Origin: an uncultured Lachnospiraceae bacterium
GTDB taxonomy: Bacteria > Bacillota > Clostridia > TANB77 > CAG-508
Assembly: GCA_964470175.1 (NCBI GenBank)
Contig: CAYYBL010000001.1
Location: 4,982 to 68,981 of the forward strand
Length of the DNA: 64,000 bases
Direction of reading: 5' to 3'
Below, piece after piece: positions 10,545 through 21,200 of this stretch. The stretch's first letter is position 1; every line of letters starts with the position of its first letter. The notes under the pieces were generated by a model that worked only from the letters and a program-made list of their open reading frames with translations, ran no database searches and was not told where the DNA came from. A program made the position numbers and the translations under genes.

Positions 10545-10617
10545 AGGTCTCCCCCATATTTTTCGTGACTTCATAGTAATATCCGAATTACATATGTTTC
10601 TTAATTTCTATAGGAAG

Positions 10618-10645
10618 ATTATATATTTATATATACCTAATACAA
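10618..10645 (-). promoter_or_regulatory. Candidate sigma-A promoter for the 1-10544 giant gene
   Basis: Minus strand reads TTGTAT (10645-10640), a 16-nt spacer, then TATAAT (10623-10618), about 75 nt upstream of the ATG. AT-rich context, so chance matches are likely. Confidence 0.35.
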
Positions 10646-10789
10646 TTACACAAATATTACTATATATAACTTTTAGATACGGAAAATAAAGTAGCATATT
10701 ATTTTAATTTTTGTTTTCTTTTTTGTATCAATATTAAAAAAATGATTAATATAAGTCACAAAATTGACCTATTTAATGTTTCCGTAAAA

Positions 10790-10821
10790 CGATAAAAAAC
10801 AGCTTATTTTCATAAGCTGTT
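10790..10821 (-). terminator. Rho-independent terminator after the thioredoxin gene
   Basis: Perfect 10-bp stem AACAGCTTAT / ATAAGCTGTT (10798-10807 / 10812-10821) with a 4-nt loop. On the minus strand it is followed by TTTTATCG. It lies 27 nt downstream of the stop at 10848-10850. Confidence 0.75.
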
Positions 10822-10847
10822 TTTCTACTTTTTATCTACATCTATAT

Positions 10848-11165
10848 CTATATTTTAGAATCTATCCAACTGATAATCATATTTTTTGGCATAAATCCAA
10901 GTTTAGTATCTAAAAGCATTCCATCTTTAAAAAGCATCACTGTAGGTATACTTTGTATATCAAGTTTTACTGCTAAATTTTGATTTTCATCTGTATCGAT
11001 ATTATAAAACTTTATCTTATCCTTATACTCTTCTGACAATTCATCCATAATTGGTGCAAGCATCTGGCATGGTCCGCACCAAGTAGCACTAAAATCCACA
11101 ATTGAATATCCTGTTTTAATTACTTCATCATATCTTTCTTCATTAATTTTTTCTATCATAGGCAT
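10848..11165 (-). CDS. trxA: Thioredoxin (105 aa)
   Basis: ORF-track protein carries the canonical WCGPC active site (FSATWCGPCQMLAP) and has thioredoxin length. AAGGAGGA lies just upstream of the ATG at 11165. Confidence 0.9.
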   Translation of the reverse strand: MPMIEKINEERYDEVIKTGYSIVDFSATWCGPCQMLAPIMDELSEEYKDKIKFYNIDTDENQNLAVKLDIQSIPTVMLFKDGMLLDTKLGFMPKNMIISWIDSKI

Positions 11166-11191
11166 ATCCTCCTTTTTTAGATTATATCATA

Positions 11192-12061
11192 CTATTTATT
11201 TCGGGACAATTTTTTATCCAAGTATTCGACCGCGCTTATTGCAGCAACATTTCCTTCTCCTGCGCTTTTTATAGCCTGATATGGTCTTCCAACGATATCA
11301 CCACAAGCATATAAACCTCTTATATTTGTCTCCATTCTTCTATTTACAACCACTTCATCTTCTGCTACCTCAAGACCTGGTACAAGATTTTTTGGACTAA
11401 TTGCATTTCTTAAAATAAATATTCCATCAACTTCATATTCCCCTATGTTTGTTATGAGTTTTTTCACTTTACTTTCTCCTACAATCTCCTTTGGAATCTC
11501 TCTTATGACCTTAATATCTTCATTTAATGTTTTTATATCTTTATACATTGGTATGTAACATATTTGTGATGAAAGGGTTCTTAAATAATTTGCCTCATAT
11601 TCTTCTTTTTGACTAAACCCAATAACAATTATTTTCTTATCTCGATAGAAATTTCCATCACAAGTAGCACAATAACTTACTCCTTTTCCAAGATATTCCT
11701 CTTCTCCTTTATATTGTTTTCCATAATCTATACCTGTTGCTAAAATAACTGTTTCTCCCTCATAAAAGTTATTATCTACTTGTACACTATAATAATCACC
11801 CATGCTATATACTTTACTTACTTTTCCTTCTGTTATTTCAATTCCAAGCTGAGTTATATGATTTAAAAAACTCTGATTTAATTCATACCCAGTTATTTCA
11901 GATAAACCCAAGTAATTTTGAAATAAATGAGCTTTTGAAACTTTCTCACTTAAACTTTTTGATCCAATAAGTAGTATATTTTTATTTCTTATTTTTGCAG
12001 TAATGGCTGCTTCAAGTCCTGCAGGACCTGTTCCTATAACAATCATATCATACATTTTCAT
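11192..12061 (-). CDS. Thioredoxin-reductase-like flavoprotein (289 aa) lacking a recognisable NAD(P)H-binding motif
   Basis: GTGPAG FAD motif near the N-terminus, CATC redox-active dithiol (VSYCATCDG) and the C-terminal FAD motif GLYACGD. I moved the start to ATG 12061-12059 (MKMYDMIVIGTGPAG), which follows GGAGAAAAA. The track's longer start (12130) adds a non-homologous extension running into the promoter. Confidence 0.8.
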   Translation of the reverse strand: MKMYDMIVIGTGPAGLEAAITAKIRNKNILLIGSKSLSEKVSKAHLFQNYLGLSEITGYELNQSFLNHITQLGIEITEGKVSKVYSMGDYYSVQVDNNFYEGETVILATGIDYGKQYKGEEEYLGKGVSYCATCDGNFYRDKKIIVIGFSQKEEYEANYLRTLSSQICYIPMYKDIKTLNEDIKVIREIPKEIVGESKVKKLITNIGEYEVDGIFILRNAISPKNLVPGLEVAEDEVVVNRRMETNIRGLYACGDIVGRPYQAIKSAGEGNVAAISAVEYLDKKLSRNK

Positions 12062-12084
12062 TTTTTCTCCAATCTTATAGTTAT

Positions 12085-12114
12085 AGTATAGCAGAACAAA
12101 AGGGGACATGTAAA
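12085..12114 (-). promoter_or_regulatory. Candidate sigma-A promoter of the reductase-thioredoxin operon
   Basis: Minus strand reads TTTACA (12114-12109), an 18-nt spacer, then TATACT (12090-12085), about 25 nt upstream of the ATG at 12061. Confidence 0.5.
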
Positions 12115-12180
12115 GTAAATTTGTTTGCAATGCTGGCCGAAGGCCTTATATTATAGGAAGTACTTTGTGCTTCCTATAAC

Positions 12181-12215
12181 ACAAAAAAATTGGAGAAGAA
12201 TAAATTCTTCTCCAA
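12181..12215 (-). terminator. Rho-independent terminator after giant gene 1
   Basis: 11-bp perfect stem TTGGAGAAGAA / TTCTTCTCCAA (12190-12200 / 12205-12215) with a 4-nt loop. On the minus strand it is followed by TTTTTTTGT (12189-12181). It begins 14 nt after the stop at 12229-12231. Confidence 0.8.
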
Positions 12216-12228
12216 TCATTAATATAAA

Positions 12229-15200
12229 TTATTTAGTTAATACTTTTTTCTTGATAATCACTACTCCAGCACCAACTATAACAAGTCCTGCAGCTATAAC
12301 TACTAGAGCTTGAGAAATTATTTTGCCTTCCTTATCAGTCAAGCCATTTGGTGGTGAAAATGTGATAAGTTCTGTACTACTTGTATCTCTTTCAGCAACA
12401 GATTGTTCAAATTCTCCATATTTTGGATTTGTGTTACCTTGTGTTATCGTAATATCTCTTCTTCCTACAGTATTTTCCATTTTTACAACCTCTGCTATAT
12501 TATCAAATGATAAATTATTTGCATCTTTACTTGAAGCAACTACCTTTGTTATAGTAATATCAAGTACAGTATAGTTTGCTGTCGTATCTCCAACTCCTTC
12601 TGCTGGCTCAGACATATTATATGTAGTAATTGTACCTTGTTCTAATGTATCACCAGTCATTGGCACTAATTGTTGTTCAAATAGAGCATTAGATAATTGA
12701 TCATAATTATCAATACCATTTTCATTTCTTACAACACTAAGTTCATCCACACTTAGAACAACATTATTTCCTGAATCAGAAATATACACTCTATCATCTT
12801 TATCAAGAAGTTTATTTGTAGCAACAATATCTTTTGATAATAATTGTTCTCCATTTAATCCGTTTCCAGCAAGTTCAAGTACTGATGTGTTTTTCCATGA
12901 ATGATCAACCCTTCTATTATTAGTTGTATCAAATACTGCATCATTGTCAACATAATCAACAATTTGACGTACTCTTGTTGTAACTATTCTTAAAGTTTCC
13001 TTAGTTTTATCATTATATTGTCCATCATAATAATAGCTTCCAAGATATTTTCCTTCTTTTCCACGAATATTATCTTTTCGTGCATCTGCTATAACATCAT
13101 AAAGCGTTTCTCCACTCTTAACATCATCTATAGCAGCTATCCTTTCTGTCGTATAATCTACTTCACCTGCATTTAGAGCTGTAAATCTATAGTTAATCGT
13201 GATCGTTGTACCTTGCAATATTTCATCATCAATATCTACAAATCTAAAGTTTTGAATACCGTTATTATACTTACCTTCATCTTCTCTTATTCTACCATTG
13301 TAGCTTTGATCTTTATCTTCTACTTTTTCGATAGCTTTCATTAATTCATCACCAACAGATCTATCTTTAACCAAAGTAGTATTTGCTATCAAATATTCTT
13401 CTGAATTTGGTAATTTAATTAAAACTTTAGCATCAGAATCTTTACTATCGCCTATTGTATATTCTGTACCAAACTCTGCATCAAATATTGTCTTACCATC
13501 ATTTGTCGTAATCTCGATATCTTTTATTTCTTTATCAAGAATAATATTATTCTTAGGTCTTTCTATTAAACCTGTATTTATGTATTTTACTTCTTCTTTC
13601 CTTTCAGACTCATCTCCATTATATACTGGACAGATACCAACCTTTCTTGTATATGTTGACATTGCATATCCATCATATAATTCACTATGATATCCATTTA
13701 CATAGTTTGCTTCATTGAACATTTCAGAAAGCTCATTTGTAATTGTAGTAGATTTTGCCATCCCTTCTAGTCTTTGTACCTCATCATCTATGGCATATGA
13801 TTTCTTGCTATTCTCTGCTGATTCACCCGGAATATTTACTACCACATTTTCTTTTTTGTCATTATATATATATCCATCCGTATCCTTGTTCATGAAAATT
13901 GTTGCTTTGTAATCTTGTCCATTATATACAGCTGGTGTTTCATTATTTGCATCTTTATCATAGTTTGCTGTAAGTACTTCTGTACTTATTTGATTTCCGC
14001 CGTCTCTTGACTTTGCAGCGTTGAACATTTCACCTTTTTTGTTTAATGCAGTAGGTGCACCTGTATTTTGATCAGTATCAGCAAGAGTTGATTTATCTAT
14101 ACCATACTCTGATTTAACAAAGTAATCTCCGACAGGAATTTTCTTAAAGTTATATTGTCCAACTTTAACAACAGCTGAATCATATGATTCTATAACTTTT
14201 CCATCTTTGTCTTTGTTTACTCTTGACGATTCTGTTGTACTATCAAATCCAACTACATCCTCTACTGTCATTCCACCAAAGCTATTTAGTCCAACATTTG
14301 TAGGCCACAAGAAATCATAATCATTTGTTCCATCACTAAATGTTTCGACAAGTTCCATTGTTAGTCCACCTATTAGTGCTTCGTCATTTTCATCATATAG
14401 ACCATTTCCAACTGATTTTCCTTCTTCTTTGCTATCTTCCCATGCTAGACCAGAAACCACTTTATTTTGATTTTCATCAATCTTTAACTCTAGTACTGGT
14501 GCTGCATAAGTATCGTCCTCATATAATGATCTAAAGTTGAAATCATGTATATTTAGATTTGAAGGAGCTGAATTTCCATCAATCTTACCTGCAGTGCCTG
14601 AATATTCTTTATTATTACTATTAAATGATCTACTATTGTAGTATGTTGAATAACTTGCAATTTCAACTATATTTGATTTTGTACCAGTTTTTATTGCATT
14701 TATTACTGACTCAACTGAACTCTTTTCTGTCTTATATGTTACGTATATATTTATAAAGTCTCCACTTGATAACTTAGCAACATCATCTCCACTTGTACTT
14801 GGATTTGGTGAATCTGGTAGGTTCACTCTATACTTATCATAATACTTACCATCTGATGACAATATATCTTTTTGTACAACATTTGCATTATTCCAAACAA
14901 GATCATCTTGTTTTACGTTACTAATACCTTTTGTTATATATGGTTTTTCAATAGAAATACTTCTATTTTCTTCTTTTCCATTAACCGTTTTTACATCTTG
15001 TGTGAAGCTTCTCTCAACAACCTCCAATGTACTATCACTATAATCATCAATACCATTTATTCTCACATCATATTCTGCTGAATTATTTACGATTTGAATC
15101 TTATATTTTAGATAAACTTGCATTTCAGAATTTTCAATATTTTCTCCCAAAATTTCTTTTATCTTATCATAATCACTACTCATCGAATATATTTCAGATC

Positions 15201-18200
15201 TATAATAATAATCTGATGAATAAAGTCCAATTGGAGCTAAAGTTCTTTCAACTTTAGTTTTATCAATCAAATCTGCCAATTTATTAAATTGGAAAAATTG
15301 AGCATTTTGTTTTGTAACAACTGTAGCAGAATCTAGTACTTTTACTACAGATACATCTACATCTGGCCTATTAATCAATCCTAAATTAATATGTTTACTA
15401 TAACCCAAATATTTATATGTTACTTTTACTCCATCAACTGTCATTTCTCTTGATGGACTATCAGCCCTCAAGTGAACTTGGTTTGATAAAGGATATGCCG
15501 CATGAGCTGACTCCATTCCTATATATGTAGTTGCAGTTACCTTATATTGATCATAAGTATAGCCATTATCATCTGTTTTTATAATAGATTTCAATGAATT
15601 ACTTGAATTATCATTCCTATTAGATGAATCCATATTTCTTGCTTCATATGTCAAATCATATCCACTAGCATTTCCAATTGTAATACCAGATTCATTTAAC
15701 ACTTCTTTTCCTTCAATAGTTTCAAATCTTTCATTTACTTCTTTTCTATTTTTATCAATTGCAACAGAATCATTTGCATATTTAGCAACCATATCTGGGT
15801 ATTCATTTATACTTGAATTGTTTAAATCTGATATGTACATATCTGATTTTTTCTGATATGGATTAGATACATCTCCAACTTTTGCACTTGCCAAATAAGT
15901 TGTAGGCTCATATTTTTGTCCATTATACAAAAAGTCTACTTTATATTTTTCGTAAGCAAGTTCATAAAGAGTAATACCTTCTGCTTTCCAACTACCATCT
16001 TTATCTGTATAAATTGGTTGTGTAATTTCTTCACCCATTTCATCTCTTAAATCAGCTGGGCTACCATCTGCTGAATTTTTGACATAAACTTCAACTTTTT
16101 CTACACCTTCTTCTCCACTATCTAATTTACCATTCTTTCCAGTACCATTTTTATCCCATGGTGTTTCATCTAACCAAACTGTTCCTGAAAGATTTACTGT
16201 AAGAATTAGTTTTTTGTATTTTGGAAGCTCATTTATAACCGTAATTTCAAGCGGATCTCCGAGTTTACTATCAACTAATGTCTGTCCATTATTTGAAATA
16301 CTTGTATTCTTCCATCCAATGTTTGCATCTTTCTTAGAAAGGTCTTCATATACTTCTACTTGTGGTGCTTCATTACCATACCATGTAATTTCATCTGATT
16401 CAAATACACCACAATAATCATCACCATCTAATGTAACCTTAAATGTAAGAGCATCTTTTTCATCTTTAGTGCTATTATATTCGTTGTCATAAAGTTTACC
16501 CTTATATTTAAATTTTGTACCGTATATTTTGTAAGTCACTTCAAATGCTAAATCACTAGGATCTCCAATTAATTTTCTCTCTGCAACAATTTGTTTTCTG
16601 ATCTTAAACTTACCTTTATGTTCTTCGCTTTTATTTATAGCTACTACTGTGATAGCTTTTGCAATTGGATCACTTTCTTTTGAAGCATCTTCTACTACTC
16701 CAGTTGCATTATCTGATATTTCAACTAATTGATATCCCTCTGGAATATTAATCTCTTCAACTTTATATGTTGGAGCATTTTCCCCACTTTTCCATTCAAT
16801 TTTTTTAGTCCAATCCTCATTAACTTTTACGATTGGATTATATACTTCGCTATGACCATCTGCATATGTAATAGTTACTTTAAAAGTAAATTCTTCATCA
16901 CCATCTATTTCACTGCCATTTTCTGCTAATTTTGATACTTTTAAATATCCAAATTTTGGAACTGAATCATTTGTTGCTGTCACTGTAGTAGTAGTGTTCA
17001 TAGTTAAACTTCCACCTGCATTTGTGATACTTCTCTGTTTTGCAATTACAGTTCCATCTTTTTTATCTTTAACAACAACATCACCATTATCATCTGTAGT
17101 AAGTGATGTACCATCAAGATTTACCTCTTCTACTTTATATGTAGGCTCTGTCATACCTTTTTTCCATGTAATATCTGATAAATAATACTCAAAGTTGTTT
17201 CCTTCTACTAGCCAAACATCATCAATTACCATATCTTCATTTACATATGACTCGCCATTATATTCAAATGTACCATTTATCGTTACTTTAAATCTGAATT
17301 TTTGATTCTTTAATGAATCTGAAGTAAGCTCTTTTACAATTTTCAAATTTCCCTTATCTGGTACTGGCTCATCTTTTATTTTATTATGACAATTACCAAC
17401 CTCGACAACTTTATCAACTTCCAATGTTCCTGTATACACATCTGAATCACTTCCATCAAACTTGACAAAATATGTTCCTTCAGGTACATCAACTTCTTTT
17501 ACTGTAAATACTTTATCATCGGTAATCGTAATATCTTTAATTGTCTTTTCCCAAGTATATGTATTTCCGATTCTATTTGTTTTATCAAGCGTAACAGTAT
17601 TCGTTCCCCCATTATATGTAACATCAAATGTAAATACATAACCATCTGCACGTTCTTTCAACTTTTCTTTTAGTTCATCTGAAAGAGTTTCATCTATATC
17701 AAGTGTTTTAATTATTTTAATACTTCCATTATCTGTACCCTTATTAACACATATTACTTTGGCAACAGGTTCATCCTTCAAAACATTTGCAGCATTTTCC
17801 ATTTTATGTTCCTTGCTCTCATCTGTTTCTGTTTCAGATAAATCTTGCTCTATAACTTCATATAGTGGAGCTGTCTTTAATGGATCCCATTCAAATTTCT
17901 TTGATTTCCATGAACCATTACTTGTTTTACTTGCTTGTATTGATACAGTGGCATTTTCACCTCCTTCAATACTTCCATTATTATCTAAATAATATGTTCC
18001 TGGTTCTTTCACTTCACCATCGTAACCAAATTCACTTGTTGCAGTTATTTTAACTGTAAACTTGAATGTCTTAGTTTCATCAATTTCATATGAAGGATCG
18101 ACTTTCTTAACAATCTCTAATGATGAATTTGGTATATCTATCTTATTAAAGCAATTATCAACTTCAACTACTGTATCTGCTTCTAATATTCCTTTATATT

Positions 18201-21200
18201 CATCTGGATTACTTCCATCAAACTTAACAAAATGCGTTCCAGCAGGTACGTCAATCTCTTTTACAGTAAAGTCTTTGTTTGACTCATTTATTTTAATGTG
18301 TTCAATTGTCTTTTCCCATGTATATGTATTTCCAACTCTATTTGCTTTATCAATTTCAACAGTATGTGTCTGTCCATTATATTTAACTTCAAATTTAAAC
18401 TTTAATTCATCAACACGTTTGTCTAAATATTTTTTCTGGAATTTAGAAAGTGTTGTTTCATCAATATCAAGAGATTTCCTTATTTTAATGTCACCATATC
18501 GTACTGTTGGTCCATTAGTACATATTACTCTAACAGCATCTCCTTGTATATCAACCAACGAGCCACTACCATTTTCAATTTCATACTCTTTGCCTTCATC
18601 AGTATCTGTATCAGGTAAATCTAACTCTGTTACTTCATAATCTGGAGATTTTACTTTTACACTCCATCTAAATAAACCAGACTTCCATACACCTATTTCT
18701 TTCTTGCTTGCCTCAATAGCTACATAAGTGTTATTATTTGCATCAGCTTTTTTAACTAAGCCTTTTACACTATCTAAATAGTATTCTCCTGCATCATATG
18801 GAGTGCCATTGTATTCAAATTTCTCACTTGCTGTTATTTTAACTTTAAAATGGAATGTATATATCTTTTCATCATCAACTTCATCAGCTTCATATGACTC
18901 AGCTACCTTCTTTGTAATTTCCAAATATCCTCTATGTGGAGCACCTATTTCATTTTCAAAGAAAATGTTTGTTGATTTTTTTAATGTTTCTCCTTCATCA
19001 TTTTCCTTTACAATTCCTTCAAGGATTGGTGTATCTACTTCATCTTCGCCTTCAATCCAAGCTCTTTTGAAGAAAACACCTTCACTTACTATCTTATTTA
19101 CTATGAATCCACCATCATCCATAAGCTCTTCTACTTTAAATTCAGGTGCAACTTCACCTTTTGAAATATCCCACTTAAAAACTATACCTTGTTCTTTAGA
19201 GTCCCACTGCCATGTCCATGTATCACCTTCTTTTGTTGGATAAACTTTAATTTCTTCATCGAAATATTTAACATCAGTTGGTTTTTCTATTTCATTACCA
19301 CTTGCATCTATTGCCTTTACTCTTTGTGTAACTGTTACATGGAAATTAAATGCTATTTTTTCAATGTCACTTTCGTAATCATCAGCACCTTGAAGAGTTT
19401 TTATTAAGTTTATTTTACCATATTTGTAAGTTCCATTTATTGTGTTATCAATAGTTATATCAAATGTGTTTGTGGTACTTGGCTTTAATCTACCACTTGA
19501 TCCTTCTGATGTATATGTTGGAATATTTAGACTATATCCATCAGGTAAAACTACTTTTGAAGTATCCTCACTTGCTTTATATTCTGGAGCTTTGTCAAAC
19601 TCGCACCACTCAATTTCTTTATCTAATACACATACATTTGAGCCAGGTAGATATCTTCCTTTTCCAGGATTTTCTGGATCTTCTTCAAGTTTTGGTGTTA
19701 TAACTATTCCTTTTTCATATTTTGCCTTATCCTCTTCTTTTACTGGATTACCATCTTCTCCAAGCTCAACATATCCATCTCTTGTAAGTCTGATATAGTG
19801 ATCTCCATATTTTAGATTTTCTCCATATGAAAATCTTCCTTTAATGTCAACATAGAAGTAATAATCTCTATTTCGCAATATTTCCTTTGATTCGTCTTTA
19901 TATACGCCATTTTCTATATCAAAATTATCAACAGAACCTAAAATCTTTTCCAACTTTATTTTAGTTGTTTCTGTATCAATTTTATTTATACATGTATTTG
20001 TTATTTCATTTAATACATTATCATTATTTCTTAAGCTACCAGAAACTTCTGTTTTTCCTGATTCACCATTAAAGCTAACAAAACTTGTTCCTTCTGGTAC
20101 CTTAATTTCCTTTATTTTATATGAATGATCTCTCTTATCAAGTTTATACCATGTATATCTATCAGACACCCACGTAATTTGATATTTAGTTCCATTCTTT
20201 TTGCCATCTCCACCATGAAGTACAACATCTTCCTCTTTATTATCAACCGTTACTTTAAATGTAAAGTCTAAGTCTTTAAGCTTACTTATAACAAAGTCTC
20301 TTGTAGTTTCATCTGCAAATTTAGATAAATCAATTTCCTTTATTAATCTAAGTTTCGCACCTTCTGATTCATCATACTCATTTTCAAAACTTGCACTTGA
20401 AATATTTGTCAAGTTTTTCTCATCAGGCTCTGGTTTAAAATCATTTCCTGTATCTGTTGTAGTTGTACCTATAAGTTCTCCAGATATGATATATCTACCA
20501 TCAGCTGTAAGTTTTGCATCAGAACTAAATCTTGTTTCTCCAGTTTCATCTTTTAATTCTTCTAATTCAAATTTTGGTGCATTTTTTGTATACCATATAA
20601 TTGGTATTTCTTTTCCATTTTCATCAACCATAACATAATGATATTTACCATCTGCTTTTATTGTTATTGGTTTATTCTCTGGATTTGTATATGGCGTATT
20701 TTCTGTATAAGGAACACCATTTATATAAAAATCTCCTGTAATCTTTACATTAAATTTAAATTCTTTATTTTTTATTTGTTCACTTAATTCACTGCGCGCA
20801 CCCTCATCTGCTTCGGGTTCTTTCATTGTTTTTTGAATTCTAAGATATCCATATTTCTTTTCAAGCTTTTGGTTTGTAATGCGGAAGGTGATTCCCTTAT
20901 TTGCCTGAAATTCACCTCTAATAACGAAATCGTCTCCCAAAGGTACTTCTACTTCATTACCATTAGCATCTAAAATATATGCCTTAATTAAACGATATTT
21001 GTCTGCTGATACAGTTTCAGCATCGAATACTTCAGTAATTTCATATGTAGGATTTTTAATTTTACTATCATCTGCTACGGCCTCATATGCCCAAGCAAAA
21101 AACTTTGATCTTGAAGTACGAGCTTTAGGATCTTTTCCAACTGTTACAACAACTGGTGGAAAATTCATATTTTCAAAGTTATTTCTATACACACTTTTAC

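Noticed and set aside
12062-12130. Longer start (12130) for the reductase gene, as in the ORF track
   Set aside because: The extension (MQTNLLYMSPFVLLYYNYKIGEK) has no homology to the flavoprotein fold and overlaps the predicted promoter. ATG 12061 has a GGAG RBS and lies directly before the GTGPAG motif.
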